DNA of 59,959 nucleotides, filler included, from Nitrospirae bacterium CG2_30_53_67 (GCA_001873285.1; 3 parts of 3 records of this genome joined end to end with filler, not necessarily neighbours in it), one strand, 5' to 3'; shown: positions 38,701-49,704, numbered from the whole stretch's first letter. The notes: generated by a model not told the origin, from the letters alone. Made by a program: numbers and translations.

Positions 38701-39703
38701 TCCCACCGGACCCATCAGCTCTACAGGTTACCAATTTATGGGGCGGTCCGACCAGAACCTCAAGCTCTTTATCCTTGATTTGAAGACAGGCGCCCTGTTG
38801 ACAACGATCGATACCGGACTGACGAATGCCTTTGCAGGCACCCTGATCAATTCCAACAATGATGTGGACGACAACTACCAGGACGAAGTTCTCTATATCG
38901 GCTACGTGACGAGAAACAGGGTAGGTAGTAATTATTTCTGGAACAACGGAGGGATAGGCAGGCTGGTTACCAAGGAAGATGCCAATCCGGGCAACTGGGT
39001 CTGGAGCAAGGTCATGGACGGCATCGGGCCGGTCACAGCGGGGATCACCCGTCTGCGGGATAAAAAACAGGATAGACTCTGGCTCTTCTCAGGTACGGGA
39101 CGATATTATTTCTCTCTCGATACCGAAAACGACGATCCGGACGGCCAGAGATATATTTTCGGTTTCAAAGACCCCTGCTATGTGCCGAACTCGGGGTATG
39201 ATAAGTTAGGGCTATGTACAACTACGGTGGATTTTAACACTTTTGATCTTCGAACCGTGACAGGCTTCAGCGCTGGTGGATGGGCGGAACCCAGCACCGG
39301 CTGGAAATGGGCTTTGGATGGCCAAGGGTCCGGTACCTATCCCGAAGGCGATCCTGCCGTGGACGTCACGAAAAACTATTTTTCCGAAAGGATGGTTTCC
39401 GATCCCTTCACCTCCAAGACCGGGTGCACATTCTTTACGACCTTCAGACCCTATAATGAACAATGTTCCATTGGAGGGGAATCCTTTATTTGGGTGCTTG
39501 ATTATAAAACGGGAGGCCGCCCTAACTGTGATGGTAAGTTGACATTCCAGGTCTCCACAGGGGCCATACAGGAAGTCAATATCGATGATATCCCAGGGCC
39601 CAAGTCTGTCGGAACGGACGGTCAAACCCCCGATGGGCAGGGAGCGGCGCTTCAGTCCGGAGCGGACCCCACCAAGTTGCTTATTCACAAAAGGAAGAAA
39701 TAA
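35726..39703 (+). CDS. pilY1: type IV pilus adhesin PilY1/PilC
   Basis: Signal peptide, vWA-like DNSGS and ITDGEP, KLGDIINSTP, GGNDGMLHAF, ERWAFIP, DxDxDG loops. Confidence 0.92.
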   Translation: MKRCILFIFLSLSLIFCSFENSDAVMEDYCLVPPYVVQNISPNVMIVLDNSGSMFNFAYSDGFTTTTTADDNPCYSSGSPCTEFSTPGAYPAYQYYGYFNPDYWYDYQSNRFIPTAPKTGSGLTGERAKLSSEWDGNFLNWLTMRRIDIIRKVMTGGKTTTGEGSGFDRLNGEVADCDSRGKYKKITNADLYTPYSGTRKLYVYSASAGCGGGGSGTSSFSIRNDTGGSDGTGNEGTWNVTVRVPSPVEGVVQSVVGTRARLGLSFYKTNAPRPQGGFVQVNVSGGSLSSTVNQINLTRPSTNTPLAETLWTVAGYFAQTASMESGPGPRYSSADYTINNTADPYNYGTGGQPSYPSCAKSFVLYITDGEPCADGYLPATLKSYANGRSNYDCYDLNPGNPGRGGYCPAVGSFAASTFPTCNGGWQGGYVSGMEDVALYVHTNDLRTAATKDITGKQVLTLYSVFAFGKGSTLLRYAAINGGFEDFNGNDVPDLQSEWDNNGDGEPDNFYEAVDGQELEKSIRDAFSSILKRAASGTAASVLASGEGSGANLIQAVFYPRKRIGNDIIGWAGVVQDLWYYVDPLYTNSSVREDTVKDNILSLPDDNIVSIYFDTTDQMVKAKKYDSDQDGNIGALNSTILFEDLKNLWEAGKILWQRDLTAEPRTIYTTTDGSSLFDFSVANAGSLSALLDVQDENSDLNRTDDAEYLIRYIHGEDFIGMDRNVDGTDDFRSRTVSMDGVSNTWKLGDIINSTPKIVSWYRLNRYDRDYGDTTYGPCDDPLAYCQDPSQSDTADPNHFITTQAYKDRDTVYVGGNDGMLHAFRLGTLRLKWAGKGNYEAASLDSSGEMTGLGEERWAFIPKNALPYLRYQKEQDYCHLYTVDLTPTVFDASINGSASAVRDVNSWKTILIGGMRLGGASSNAGSACTDCVKTPINGVGYSSYYALDVSDENNPQLLWEFTNPDLGYATTGPAVIRIGAKDTNGSWFVVLGSGPTGPISSTGYQFMGRSDQNLKLFILDLKTGALLTTIDTGLTNAFAGTLINSNNDVDDNYQDEVLYIGYVTRNRVGSNYFWNNGGIGRLVTKEDANPGNWVWSKVMDGIGPVTAGITRLRDKKQDRLWLFSGTGRYYFSLDTENDDPDGQRYIFGFKDPCYVPNSGYDKLGLCTTTVDFNTFDLRTVTGFSAGGWAEPSTGWKWALDGQGSGTYPEGDPAVDVTKNYFSERMVSDPFTSKTGCTFFTTFRPYNEQCSIGGESFIWVLDYKTGGRPNCDGKLTFQVSTGAIQEVNIDDIPGPKSVGTDGQTPDGQGAALQSGADPTKLLIHKRKK

Positions 39704-40191
39704 TGAACGGCAAAGGGTTTACTCTCATAGAACTGATTGTGACAGTTACTATTATCGGTATCCTCTCCCTCGTTCTGGGAACTTCGTTTCAAGGGAGCAT
39801 CGCCGCAAACAGGATTGAAGGTCAGGTCAAAGAGCTGCACGCTGACTTGATGACTGCAAGGGCCCGGGCCATGCAGCGGAATCGGATCTATTTTGCCGTG
39901 GTGGGCGCCGGCAGTTACCAGATCTGGGAAGATACGGACCAGGACGGCGTGCAGGATCCCGCCCCTGCGGATACTCCCCTGTTTGCCGTCCCGAAGCTGT
40001 TTGACGATCCGGTTTCGGCCGGGGCTGGGACGATTGTGATGAATGTCACGGGAATCGTGACCACGCCGGGAACCGTACAGTTTGATATCTCAAGGGCTTC
40101 AAGCACTCCGCCGGATTATGACTGTATTGAATTGACGCAGACGAGGATCAAGATGGGGCAGATGAATGGAGGGACGTGTAATGTCAAATAA
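39703..40191 (+). CDS. fimT: FimT/FimU/GspH-like minor pilin
   Basis: G|FTLIEL prepilin site, ARARAM. Confidence 0.88.
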   Translation: MNGKGFTLIELIVTVTIIGILSLVLGTSFQGSIAANRIEGQVKELHADLMTARARAMQRNRIYFAVVGAGSYQIWEDTDQDGVQDPAPADTPLFAVPKLFDDPVSAGAGTIVMNVTGIVTTPGTVQFDISRASSTPPDYDCIELTQTRIKMGQMNGGTCNVK

Positions 40192-40567
40192 CAAGGGTTT
40201 CAGCCTGATCGAGATCATGATTTCCCTGGTGGTCCTTCTGGTGATATTCATCGGGCTGATGCAGGGCGCATTGGTTTCCATAGATTCGAATATGAGGGAC
40301 AACCTGAGGGAGGAGGCGATCAGTATCGCCAATTCACAGATGCTGACTGCCAGAGACATGAGTTTTGCCGCTTTGGATTCGTTCACGACCACGGTAAACA
40401 TCAATAAAAACTTCAGGAATATGCCTCCTTTCCCTTTTACGGTTACACCGGCAGTCAGTATTCTCGACGCGAATAATAAGGAAGTGACGATTACCGTATC
40501 ATGGACGTGGAAAGGCCAGGTTTATTCCCATTCCGTGGCCTCGATTGTGAGAAACCCAGCAGCATAG
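40181..40567 (+). CDS. pilV: PilV-like minor pilin
   Basis: G|FSLIEI, VTITVSW. Confidence 0.85.
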   Translation: MSNNKGFSLIEIMISLVVLLVIFIGLMQGALVSIDSNMRDNLREEAISIANSQMLTARDMSFAALDSFTTTVNINKNFRNMPPFPFTVTPAVSILDANNKEVTITVSWTWKGQVYSHSVASIVRNPAA

Positions 40568-40582
40568 TGAGGTAATCAAATC

Positions 40583-41650
40583 ATGAAGCGCGAAGCCGGA
40601 TTCAGCCTGATCGAGTTAATGGTCGCTATGACCGTATTTATTTTAGCCATCGCTGCCGCCTCGAATGTCTTTCTGGGCCTTCTGGGCCAATTCAAGCAGC
40701 AGTCCAGCATATCAGAATCCAATATGGAAGGGATGATCGGATTTGAGATACTGAAGAGAGATATCGAACTGGCCGGAGACGGGCTCCCTTGGACACCGGT
40801 CGGCACTTTCTATCCCGAATGCACTAACCCGAGTTATAATGATTCCTCCGCCGTTGCCCCGAGGTCAATCGTAAGTGACAACGATAATCCATCACTGTTC
40901 AATGGGTCGGATTATATCGTAGTCAAAGGGATCGGTGTGGCCAGCAATAACGTGGCCCAAAAATGGACTCGGCTGGGGGCCGGCGGGACAACCAGAGTAT
41001 GGGGGGCCGCTTCAGAGGATTTTTCGGGCGCCGACTATGTGGTTGTCTACGATCCTTTTAACCATGCGTTGGTGACGAATGGGGGGAGCTTTTCCACGCA
41101 ATATAATGCAGTTTCCGGTTTTGCGCCTACGGGGTCTCTAACCTATATCGTCTACGGAATAAACCCCAGTAGCATACAAATGCCGTTTAACCGTGCGGAT
41201 TATTATATCTCGGACGGGAGTGTCCCCTATGCCTCAACGACTGTTGTGCCTTCCAAATGTGCTCCAGGCACAGGTGTGCTGGTCAAGGCCGAGGTGAGTC
41301 AAGCGGACGGCACTTTAAATGAGCTGCCCCTGATCGACTGCGCCGCCGATATGCAGGTGGTCTATGGTTTGGATAGCGATGGCACCAATGATGGCGTTGT
41401 AGATTTATACATGAACGACATCTCCGCGTTGACCGCTCAACTCATCCGAGATCAGTTGAAGGAAGTCAGACTCTATGTCCTCGCCCACGAAGGGGCGTTG
41501 GACATGAAATACACCATGTCGAACAGTTCCATCACCGTTGGAGAGTTCGGATTGGGGAGGGACTTTGACTTAACGACCATTACGAATGGAGTTAATTACC
41601 GATGGAGGGTTTACACCCTTGTGGTCAGAAAAGACTATCTGACGAAATAA
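40583..41650 (+). CDS. pilW: PilW-like minor pilin
   Basis: G|FSLIEL, RDIELAG, MQVVYGLD. Confidence 0.88.
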   Translation: MKREAGFSLIELMVAMTVFILAIAAASNVFLGLLGQFKQQSSISESNMEGMIGFEILKRDIELAGDGLPWTPVGTFYPECTNPSYNDSSAVAPRSIVSDNDNPSLFNGSDYIVVKGIGVASNNVAQKWTRLGAGGTTRVWGAASEDFSGADYVVVYDPFNHALVTNGGSFSTQYNAVSGFAPTGSLTYIVYGINPSSIQMPFNRADYYISDGSVPYASTTVVPSKCAPGTGVLVKAEVSQADGTLNELPLIDCAADMQVVYGLDSDGTNDGVVDLYMNDISALTAQLIRDQLKEVRLYVLAHEGALDMKYTMSNSSITVGEFGLGRDFDLTTITNGVNYRWRVYTLVVRKDYLTK

Positions 41651-41672
41651 TCATAAAATCCTTGAGGTGATC

Positions 41673-42359
41673 ATGAAAGAAAAAAGTCTTAAAAGAGGAC
41701 TCCTAAAATTGAGAATTACCGTCATACGGCGGGGCACAACCGTGCATTCAGAACAGGGGATCGTTCTGGTGATGGTTCTGATCCTGGCTGCGATTTCTCT
41801 TGCCTTTATGTCGGCGCTTATGCTGATGGTGACCTCGAGCGCACAGATTTCAGGCGGTCACAAAAGGTTTGCTTCCGCCTGCGAGGCCGCGGAGGCAGGG
41901 GCTCAAGTTGCGCGCCAGATGGTTGATGCTCAGGACGCTCCCAACGTATCGGCATCCCTTGCTTCCTTCTCCCTTCCTGCAGATACGCTCATGAGCGGGC
42001 TCCTGGACCAGTACGGAACTCCTATGTCCTGTCTGGACGCTAAACTTAAAAACGGCACGAGTGATTGGAGTGCAACCTGTAACGATTCCCTGATCATTGA
42101 TCCGGCCGACAGCGCAACCTATGATATGTCCTTTGATCTTGGAAGCAGTCCGACCTACAGCATCTACTCAAAAATTGTGGATACGGTGCAAGGGAATACA
42201 GGCAGCGATCCCAATGTGGAGCAGAGTACCGGCGTGGTCAACTCCATTAATGAAATCCAAACTGTGCCGGTCCCTTTAATTTACACCATCGAAGTTATTG
42301 CTCAAGCGCAGACAGGTACTGCTGAGAAGTGCAGGATATCCATGCTTTATAAATATTAG
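41673..42359 (+). CDS. pilX: PilX-like minor pilin
   Basis: EQG|IVLVMVL lacking Glu5, AAEAG; start uncertain. Confidence 0.82.
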   Translation: MKEKSLKRGLLKLRITVIRRGTTVHSEQGIVLVMVLILAAISLAFMSALMLMVTSSAQISGGHKRFASACEAAEAGAQVARQMVDAQDAPNVSASLASFSLPADTLMSGLLDQYGTPMSCLDAKLKNGTSDWSATCNDSLIIDPADSATYDMSFDLGSSPTYSIYSKIVDTVQGNTGSDPNVEQSTGVVNSINEIQTVPVPLIYTIEVIAQAQTGTAEKCRISMLYKY

Positions 42360-42377
42360 TCAACAAAGGAGATAACC

Positions 42378-43127
42378 TTGTCAAAAATACTCTATCTTTT
42401 TATGATTCTGACTTTTTTGTTTTCGTGCTCATCGGAGAGGTCTTTTAAACTGAACCATCAGGAACGCCTGGGTGTTGGAAAAGATGACGTTGCAAAGAAA
42501 AAGGAAGACTCAACGACTGATTTAACTGACCATGGCAGAGAAGCCGATACGAATGCGGATCAGACAAAAAATACACCTCCAAAAATCAAGAGTGTTTATT
42601 TTATGCCCGAGGTCTTTCATCCGGGCGATGCACTAAGGATTGAGGCGGCCGGCGCCGATGCGGATGGAGACCCGGTGACCCTGCTCTATGAATGGAGGGT
42701 CAACGGGGAGTCGGCAGGCGAGGGGAGCGCTCTGGACGTTCCCGTTCGGAGAGGTGATAAGATTTCCGTGAAGATTACACCCTTTGACGGCAAAGAAAAT
42801 GGGCCTTCTGTGGTCCTGGACCGGGAGATTGTGAACATGCCGCCCATGATTGTTGAGGATAATAATTTTGAATTTGATGGAAAGACCTATACGTACCAGG
42901 TCAAAGCGAGTGATCCGGATAAAGATTCCTTGACCTATTCCCTGAAATCAGCCCCTGAGTCCATGTGGATATCACCGACCTCAGGACTGATCCTATGGGA
43001 CGTTCCGAAAGAGTTCAACGGTTCGACCAAGGTGTCGGTCCTGGTGGATGACGGGCAAGGCGGCAGATCCGAATATGAGATGAACATCAACATCATGGAA
43101 GAAAAACCTGTAGAAAAAAATATGTGA
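42378..43127 (+). CDS. lipoprotein with Ig-like/cadherin-like domains
   Basis: Lipobox LFSC, DADGD, ASDPDKDSLTYSL, VDDGQGG. Confidence 0.8.
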   Translation: MSKILYLFMILTFLFSCSSERSFKLNHQERLGVGKDDVAKKKEDSTTDLTDHGREADTNADQTKNTPPKIKSVYFMPEVFHPGDALRIEAAGADADGDPVTLLYEWRVNGESAGEGSALDVPVRRGDKISVKITPFDGKENGPSVVLDREIVNMPPMIVEDNNFEFDGKTYTYQVKASDPDKDSLTYSLKSAPESMWISPTSGLILWDVPKEFNGSTKVSVLVDDGQGGRSEYEMNINIMEEKPVEKNM

Positions 43128-43181
43128 TAACGCTGAACTGTGCGGTGGCTATTTGCCATCCGCACGAGTAAATTGTTATGC
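43125..43181 (-). mobile_element. integron attC recombination site (57 bp)
   Basis: Minus strand: R'' GCATAAC, 5 nt, L'' ACTCGTGC, hairpin, L' GCACAGT, 5 nt, R' GTTATCA. Extrahelical base in L''; the brnA stop lies in R''. Confidence 0.8.
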
Positions 43182-43454
43182 CTTAGAGTATGCATCAAGT
43201 TCTTCTTCAATGCGTTCCGCCAAAAAAATCTTTACCAGCGATTGATAAGGTACATCTTTTTTATTTGCCAGCAGCTTTAGTTCTTCAAGCATTGCTTCGG
43301 GAAGGCGAAGAGAGATTGTCTTGACCGACGGTTTCAAATTTGGCAGCAAAGTTCTCTTTGCCTTTTTCCAATCAATAAACTCGGTTGAGTCATGAGTTGC
43401 CCAAAACGCTCTTTCCACATCTTCATTTTTAAACTTAGGTATTTTCTTCTTCAT
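43176..43454 (-). CDS. brnA: BrnA/CopG-family antitoxin
   Basis: IPKFKNE..ERAFW.THD, ISLRLP, VPYQSL. Confidence 0.88.
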   Translation of the reverse strand: MKKKIPKFKNEDVERAFWATHDSTEFIDWKKAKRTLLPNLKPSVKTISLRLPEAMLEELKLLANKKDVPYQSLVKIFLAERIEEELDAYSKA

Positions 43455-43764
43455 GAGCTTGATGCACTCTCCTTTCTTTTCGATTCATATCCCTTGCTGA
43501 TATTACCCGGATTTTATTATTTCGAACCGTGAAAACCACAAATAAAAATCTTTCCGCATCAGTTTGACCAAGGGCAAAGAAACGGTTTTCCTGCTCTGAA
43601 TGTTTAACATCGTCAGCAACAATCAACGGGAGATTGAAAAATATCTGTTCGCAGTTTGACAGAGAAACGTGATGCTTAAGCCAAATCTTATCTGCGTTAT
43701 GACTGTCCCATTCAAATCCAGTGCATTTTGTCAAAATATCAAAGGATGTCACAAAGGATGTCAT
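43435..43764 (-). CDS. brnT: BrnT-family toxin
   Basis: GFEWD, KHHVS, HSEQENRF, IRVISAR. Confidence 0.9.
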   Translation of the reverse strand: MTSFVTSFDILTKCTGFEWDSHNADKIWLKHHVSLSNCEQIFFNLPLIVADDVKHSEQENRFFALGQTDAERFLFVVFTVRNNKIRVISARDMNRKERRVHQAHEEENT

Positions 43765-43770
43765 GATGGT

Positions 43771-43800
43771 AGTATATGACTATAATATACAATTCGTCAA
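43771..43800 (-). promoter_or_regulatory. sigma70-type promoter of brnTA (near-leaderless)
   Basis: TTGACG-18 nt-TATACT, 6 nt before the ATG, with a GTATA...TATAC palindrome. Confidence 0.6.
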
Positions 43801-44033
43801 GGGCTTTTTTCTATAATGACTGCTTAACAAGGTGGTTAATAAACGCATAAAATATCCAACCAGGTCCAGGCCATCCTTTTTTTGATTTTTTTTTAACTTG
43901 CCATCCTGAAATTTTTCTGGTATATTCCAGCCGTATTTAACAATAAAATCATCACCTGGTGTCAAATAATAATTTATATTATTTGACGATTTATACAATA
44001 CGAATCGAATATCATAAATAGATTTATTACACT

Positions 44034-44555
44034 ATGATGATAAGACCTTCTAATCAGGCAGGTTTCACAATCATCGAACTGATCATGGTTGTTTGCATGA
44101 TTGCGCTTGTCATGGCCTTTGCCGGACCGTCGCTTGATGGATACACACAGGAAATGAGGACCAAGGCCGTGGCCAGAGAGATCTATACCATGCTTCAGCA
44201 GGCAAGGCTCACGGCTATCAAGGAGAATACGAGCATTACTGCCGATTTTACCCCAGCCGGGGGAAATGACTCGAAAGGGATCTATTCTGAAAGAGGCAAG
44301 CTGGAGATTCCCTACCCTGATGGCACCTACCCTCATGGCAAGTACCCTAATGGCACGGCCGTACTGGATCTGTCGTCCAATTCTGATTTTTTCGGCACAA
44401 AAATCATGCAGAATGGGTCAACTATTGATATGACGTTTACTAATAAAGGGACGGCAAACACTCAAACAGTCTCAGTGATGCATGATGATGTTTCGGTCAA
44501 AGGATATGATATTGTGACTAACGACGCCGGGGGGATACGGATTGAGAAAAAGTAG
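44034..44555 (+). CDS. second FimT/GspH-like minor pilin
   Basis: G|FTIIEL, QQARLTAIKEN. Confidence 0.85.
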   Translation: MMIRPSNQAGFTIIELIMVVCMIALVMAFAGPSLDGYTQEMRTKAVAREIYTMLQQARLTAIKENTSITADFTPAGGNDSKGIYSERGKLEIPYPDGTYPHGKYPNGTAVLDLSSNSDFFGTKIMQNGSTIDMTFTNKGTANTQTVSVMHDDVSVKGYDIVTNDAGGIRIEKK

Positions 44556-44844
44556 TAGGACAAATTCATCCCAGGCACACGGATTTACATTGGTCGAACT
44601 TCTCATCACCCTGGTGGTGCTCTCCATCGGCCTGCTTGGGCTGGCAGGCTTTCAGACACAGATGATCCATGCCAATTCCTTCAGCCGCGACATGACCATT
44701 GCCAACAATATCGGCACGGACCTCCTTGAAGAGGCCAAGGAGGTGGGTGTTTCAGGAATAGGGAACCTCTTTACTACATTGAGCAATAACTTCTCGGATA
44801 GTGTCCCTTACGGGGATATGGACAAAAACGGAATTCTTGATACA
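44542..44844 (+). CDS. second PilV-like minor pilin (cut by contig end)
   Basis: G|FTLVELLITLVVLSIGLLGLAG. Confidence 0.82.
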
Positions 44845-44944
44845 NNNNNNNNNNNNNNNNNNNNNNNNNNNNNNNNNNNNNNNNNNNNTTAATTAATTAA
44901 NNNNNNNNNNNNNNNNNNNNNNNNNNNNNNNNNNNNNNNNNNNN
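44845..44944. other. artificial contig linker
   Basis: 44 N + TTAATTAATTAA + 44 N. Confidence 0.98.
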
Positions 44945-45235
44945 ACATAAACCGACGGAGAATATCCCCGATTGCTGCCGGGCTGCGGCAATTGGGACTC
45001 CACAAGGGCATTCAGGCCAAGACCCTCATTGAACTCGGAGAGCAGGGATAATCCCCCATGGGCCGTTAAAGCCTCGGATGTCGATTCTAACTTGAAAGGA
45101 AACACGGTTTGTTGTATCATCTCATCACCCCTTTTGGTTGGCGGTTTCACCTTACAGGTGAGTATTATACTCACCAGAAACCTATAAACCAAGAGGGTTT
45201 TTTGTTCTTAATGATTTTCTATCGCTGATTTAGGG
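44945..45235 (-). mobile_element. left end of IS1380-family element with transposase 5' fragment (ATG 45120)
   Basis: MIQQTVFPFKLE...LTAHGGL...GSNRGY; putative terminus CCCTAAATCAGCGATA at 45235; located at a contig break. Confidence 0.75.
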
Positions 45236-45357
45236 AATAACCTCGCGGTATTTTCGAAGCCGGGTGGAGAAAACTCCTTGACAAAGATGTGAACTTCATA
45301 TAAATAAAGAAAAAATCAGTACCGCCCGCCACAAAATAAAGAGCTGAAGGGATTTTT

Positions 45358-46422
45358 ATGACCGCTTCGCCGGAATGGCCAAGTATGTTGAAACAGTGTG
45401 TGATCGCCGTAGGCGGAGGAAAAGGCGGAACAGGAAAGAGCCTCCTGGCCGCCAACCTCGGAATCGCCCTCGCTGAAATGAGACAGCAGGTCATGGTGAT
45501 CGATCTGGACCTGGGCGGTGCGAATCTCCATACCTGCCTCGGGATACGATCCCCCAAAACCACGCTCGGCGACTTCCTGCAAAAAAAAGTTGATTTGATC
45601 GAAAAGGTCCTCATACCGACCCCAATGGAAAACTTGAAACTCATTAACGGGTCCAATGATCCTCTTGAAATCACGAACCTTCCCTATGCCCAGAAGGCCC
45701 GGCTGATTCATCAATTCAAGAAGCTGAAAGCGGATTACATCATCCTGGACCTCGGCGCCGGCACTTCCTTGAACATCCTTGACTTCTTTTTAAGCTCCGA
45801 TTATGGGATTGTGGTCACCACTCCGGAACCGACCTCCATAGAGAACGTCTCCCTCTTCATCAAGTGTTTCATCATGCGGCATCTGAAGATTCTCCTGAAG
45901 CAATTTCCCATAGAGAACCTCAAGAACCGGATCAAGGACCCCAGAAATCTCGATACCGCCCGCACCTTCAGAGATCTGCTGCGCCTGATCCGATCTTTTG
46001 AAAAAGAGACCGCCGAAAAGATCGAGAGGGAAATAGAGGGTTTCAAGTTCGGCTTGGTGATGAACAAGCTCCGAGAACACAGCGAAACCCGGATCGGGGA
46101 CTCGTATAAAACCATGATCCACAAATGCATGGGGATTCAGATGGACTACCTGGGACAGATCTACTATGATGAAAAAATACCCATGTCGGTCAAGAAGATT
46201 CAACCTCTTCTTTTGGAACACCCGCATGCCAAGGCCTCCCATGCCATCCGGCTGATGGCCAAGAGGATTCTGGGTATGAATCGCCTTTCGTTCCCCATGC
46301 AGAGGGAAATTTCCCTCTTCGACTGGAAAAAGAAAGAAAAGAACTCATCCTCTTCGGTCAAGGGAGCCCCCATGAAAACCCCACAAAAGGACCTGCCGCT
46401 TGGCATCCGTTTCTACCTATGA
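45358..46422 (+). CDS. MinD/FlhG/ParA-family ATPase
   Basis: GGKGGTGKS, DLDLGGANLH, DLGAGT, TPEPTSIEN. Confidence 0.9.
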   Translation: MTASPEWPSMLKQCVIAVGGGKGGTGKSLLAANLGIALAEMRQQVMVIDLDLGGANLHTCLGIRSPKTTLGDFLQKKVDLIEKVLIPTPMENLKLINGSNDPLEITNLPYAQKARLIHQFKKLKADYIILDLGAGTSLNILDFFLSSDYGIVVTTPEPTSIENVSLFIKCFIMRHLKILLKQFPIENLKNRIKDPRNLDTARTFRDLLRLIRSFEKETAEKIEREIEGFKFGLVMNKLREHSETRIGDSYKTMIHKCMGIQMDYLGQIYYDEKIPMSVKKIQPLLLEHPHAKASHAIRLMAKRILGMNRLSFPMQREISLFDWKKKEKNSSSSVKGAPMKTPQKDLPLGIRFYL

Positions 46423-46555
46423 ACACGAACCCGATCACTAAGCATCCGAGAAAGAGGCATGCCGGGGCTGAGAATCAACGCTTATATGGCTGTTCGACTT
46501 TGAAGAACAAAGGCCCGGCAAAGATTAATCCCTTGTTTTGGTGGAGATACACAGA

Positions 46556-47152
46556 ATGAAAGACCTGGAGGCATGCAATTATTACGAACTTTTAGAAATC
46601 ACGGAAGAAACCCCAAAAAACATCATACAGGAGGCTTATCAATCCTACTGCACCCTCTTTGATAAAGACTCGATTGTCTCGTACAATTTTATCTCTCCGC
46701 ATGAGCGGGAAGAGATGTTGAATCGTATCCGGAAGGCCTATGAAATCCTCATGGACGATCAAAAAAGAATCCAGTACGACAAGAAGATCTTCAACCGGAT
46801 CGGCAGATGGCACCATGCCGCCGCAGAGGGATCCGTACCAGGAGGGCAAGGCTCAACCGAAACGCCGGGCAAAAGGATCGAACAAATCCGAATGGAGGAT
46901 TTTATTGAAGAAACCGGCCAGGTCTCCCTCAGAAGGCTTCGAGAGTCCATCGGAATCACCATAGAGAAGGTCTCGATGATCACGAAAATCAGGATCCCCA
47001 TTCTCCATGCCCTGGAAAACAGAGATTTCAGCAGACTCCCTTCGCCGATTTACGTCAAAGGGTATCTGAAATCCTATGCCCGTGTGGCCGGCATCGAGCC
47101 CGAGAAATTGATCCAGGCCTATGGGCCCTTGAGCGCCCCTATTCGTCGATGA
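46556..47152 (+). CDS. J-domain-like plus RodZ-type HTH protein
   Basis: NYYELLEI...AYEIL.D..KR..YD (no HPD), LRRLRES, LPSPIYVKGYLKSYA. Confidence 0.82.
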   Translation: MKDLEACNYYELLEITEETPKNIIQEAYQSYCTLFDKDSIVSYNFISPHEREEMLNRIRKAYEILMDDQKRIQYDKKIFNRIGRWHHAAAEGSVPGGQGSTETPGKRIEQIRMEDFIEETGQVSLRRLRESIGITIEKVSMITKIRIPILHALENRDFSRLPSPIYVKGYLKSYARVAGIEPEKLIQAYGPLSAPIRR

Positions 47153-47184
47153 TGAAACCGCCCCCTAAGACCTGTCTTTCGTGC

Positions 47185-47211
47185 CCTGTCTGCCGTGCCG
47201 GCACAGGCAGG
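47185..47211. repeat. short REP-like palindrome between convergent genes
   Basis: CCTGTCTGCCGTGCCGGCACAGGCAGG. Confidence 0.65.
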
Positions 47212-47225
47212 CCCTCTCTCGTCCG

Positions 47226-48128
47226 TCACCCCTGTTTACGAACAGGATCCTTTAGCCCGCATCGTTCGTAACTGCATATCCTGTATAGCGGGCAGACCTC
47301 ACATTGTTTGAGATCCCTTTTTTTCGTACACTGTTTGAGTATCCCCAGGCGGGCCAAGGCGAAATCGTACTTGACAGGATCGGAAGGGTCCAGGATTCTA
47401 AGGTTCCGGGTCACCTCCCTGGCTGTTTCCCAATCCGGTGAACGCCTTCGAGTCAGGCCGATCCTTGCAGAAATCCGGAAAAGGTGTGTATCGAGCGGAA
47501 TGACCAGCTTGGACGGAGAAACCTCTCTCCATAATCCCAGGTCCAGCCCGTCATCCCTCCGGACCATCCATCTTAAATACATGTTCAGCCTTTTGCAGGC
47601 GCTCCGGTTCTTCGGAGAAGGGAATAAAAACCTTACGCCTGCATCCTTGGGGAGCGCCTTTTTTCCCAAAATCGGCGAATAGTCCATATTCAGGAAGCGC
47701 TCCACAAAGGCGGAAAGGGCTTCCCCGATATCCTCATGCCCTGAGTCATATCCTTTTAGAAACAGATTCTTGATGCTGCCGTATTTCTTCAGCGCTTTTT
47801 TAATACCGAGGATCAGGCAGAGGATGTCGGTCTCATCGTTAAACCTGTGGACGATCCCATGGAAACGTTCAGCGTCCTTCCTTGGATCGAACCCTCGGAT
47901 AAAGGCACAAGGCGAACCATCCATGCGGTCGAGAATCGTCCGAACCGTCTTCTGGATCTGACCGACCCTGCCATAAGCAAATACGGCGGCAATCAGACCG
48001 GCCACTTCCTGGTCTTCGGGCCGTTTGAAACCATGAACCAATACAAGAGGATCGGAGGAAATATGGTGGATATCATAGGTATGATAAAGACGGTCCAGGG
48101 TTTCTTTGAGATCCAGAACCTGCATCAT
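47226..48128 (-). CDS. TIGR02757/DUF2400 family protein
   Basis: FAYGRV, SACKRLNMYLRWMVR, IPLDTH, DPVKYDFAL. Confidence 0.9.
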   Translation of the reverse strand: MMQVLDLKETLDRLYHTYDIHHISSDPLVLVHGFKRPEDQEVAGLIAAVFAYGRVGQIQKTVRTILDRMDGSPCAFIRGFDPRKDAERFHGIVHRFNDETDILCLILGIKKALKKYGSIKNLFLKGYDSGHEDIGEALSAFVERFLNMDYSPILGKKALPKDAGVRFLFPSPKNRSACKRLNMYLRWMVRRDDGLDLGLWREVSPSKLVIPLDTHLFRISARIGLTRRRSPDWETAREVTRNLRILDPSDPVKYDFALARLGILKQCTKKRDLKQCEVCPLYRICSYERCGLKDPVRKQG

Positions 48129-48187
48129 GGAAAACCTTGAGAAAAACCACATCCTCGTACCAAACACATCCGCCCGTCGGGCTGGGA

Positions 48188-49704
<1,517 letters not shown>

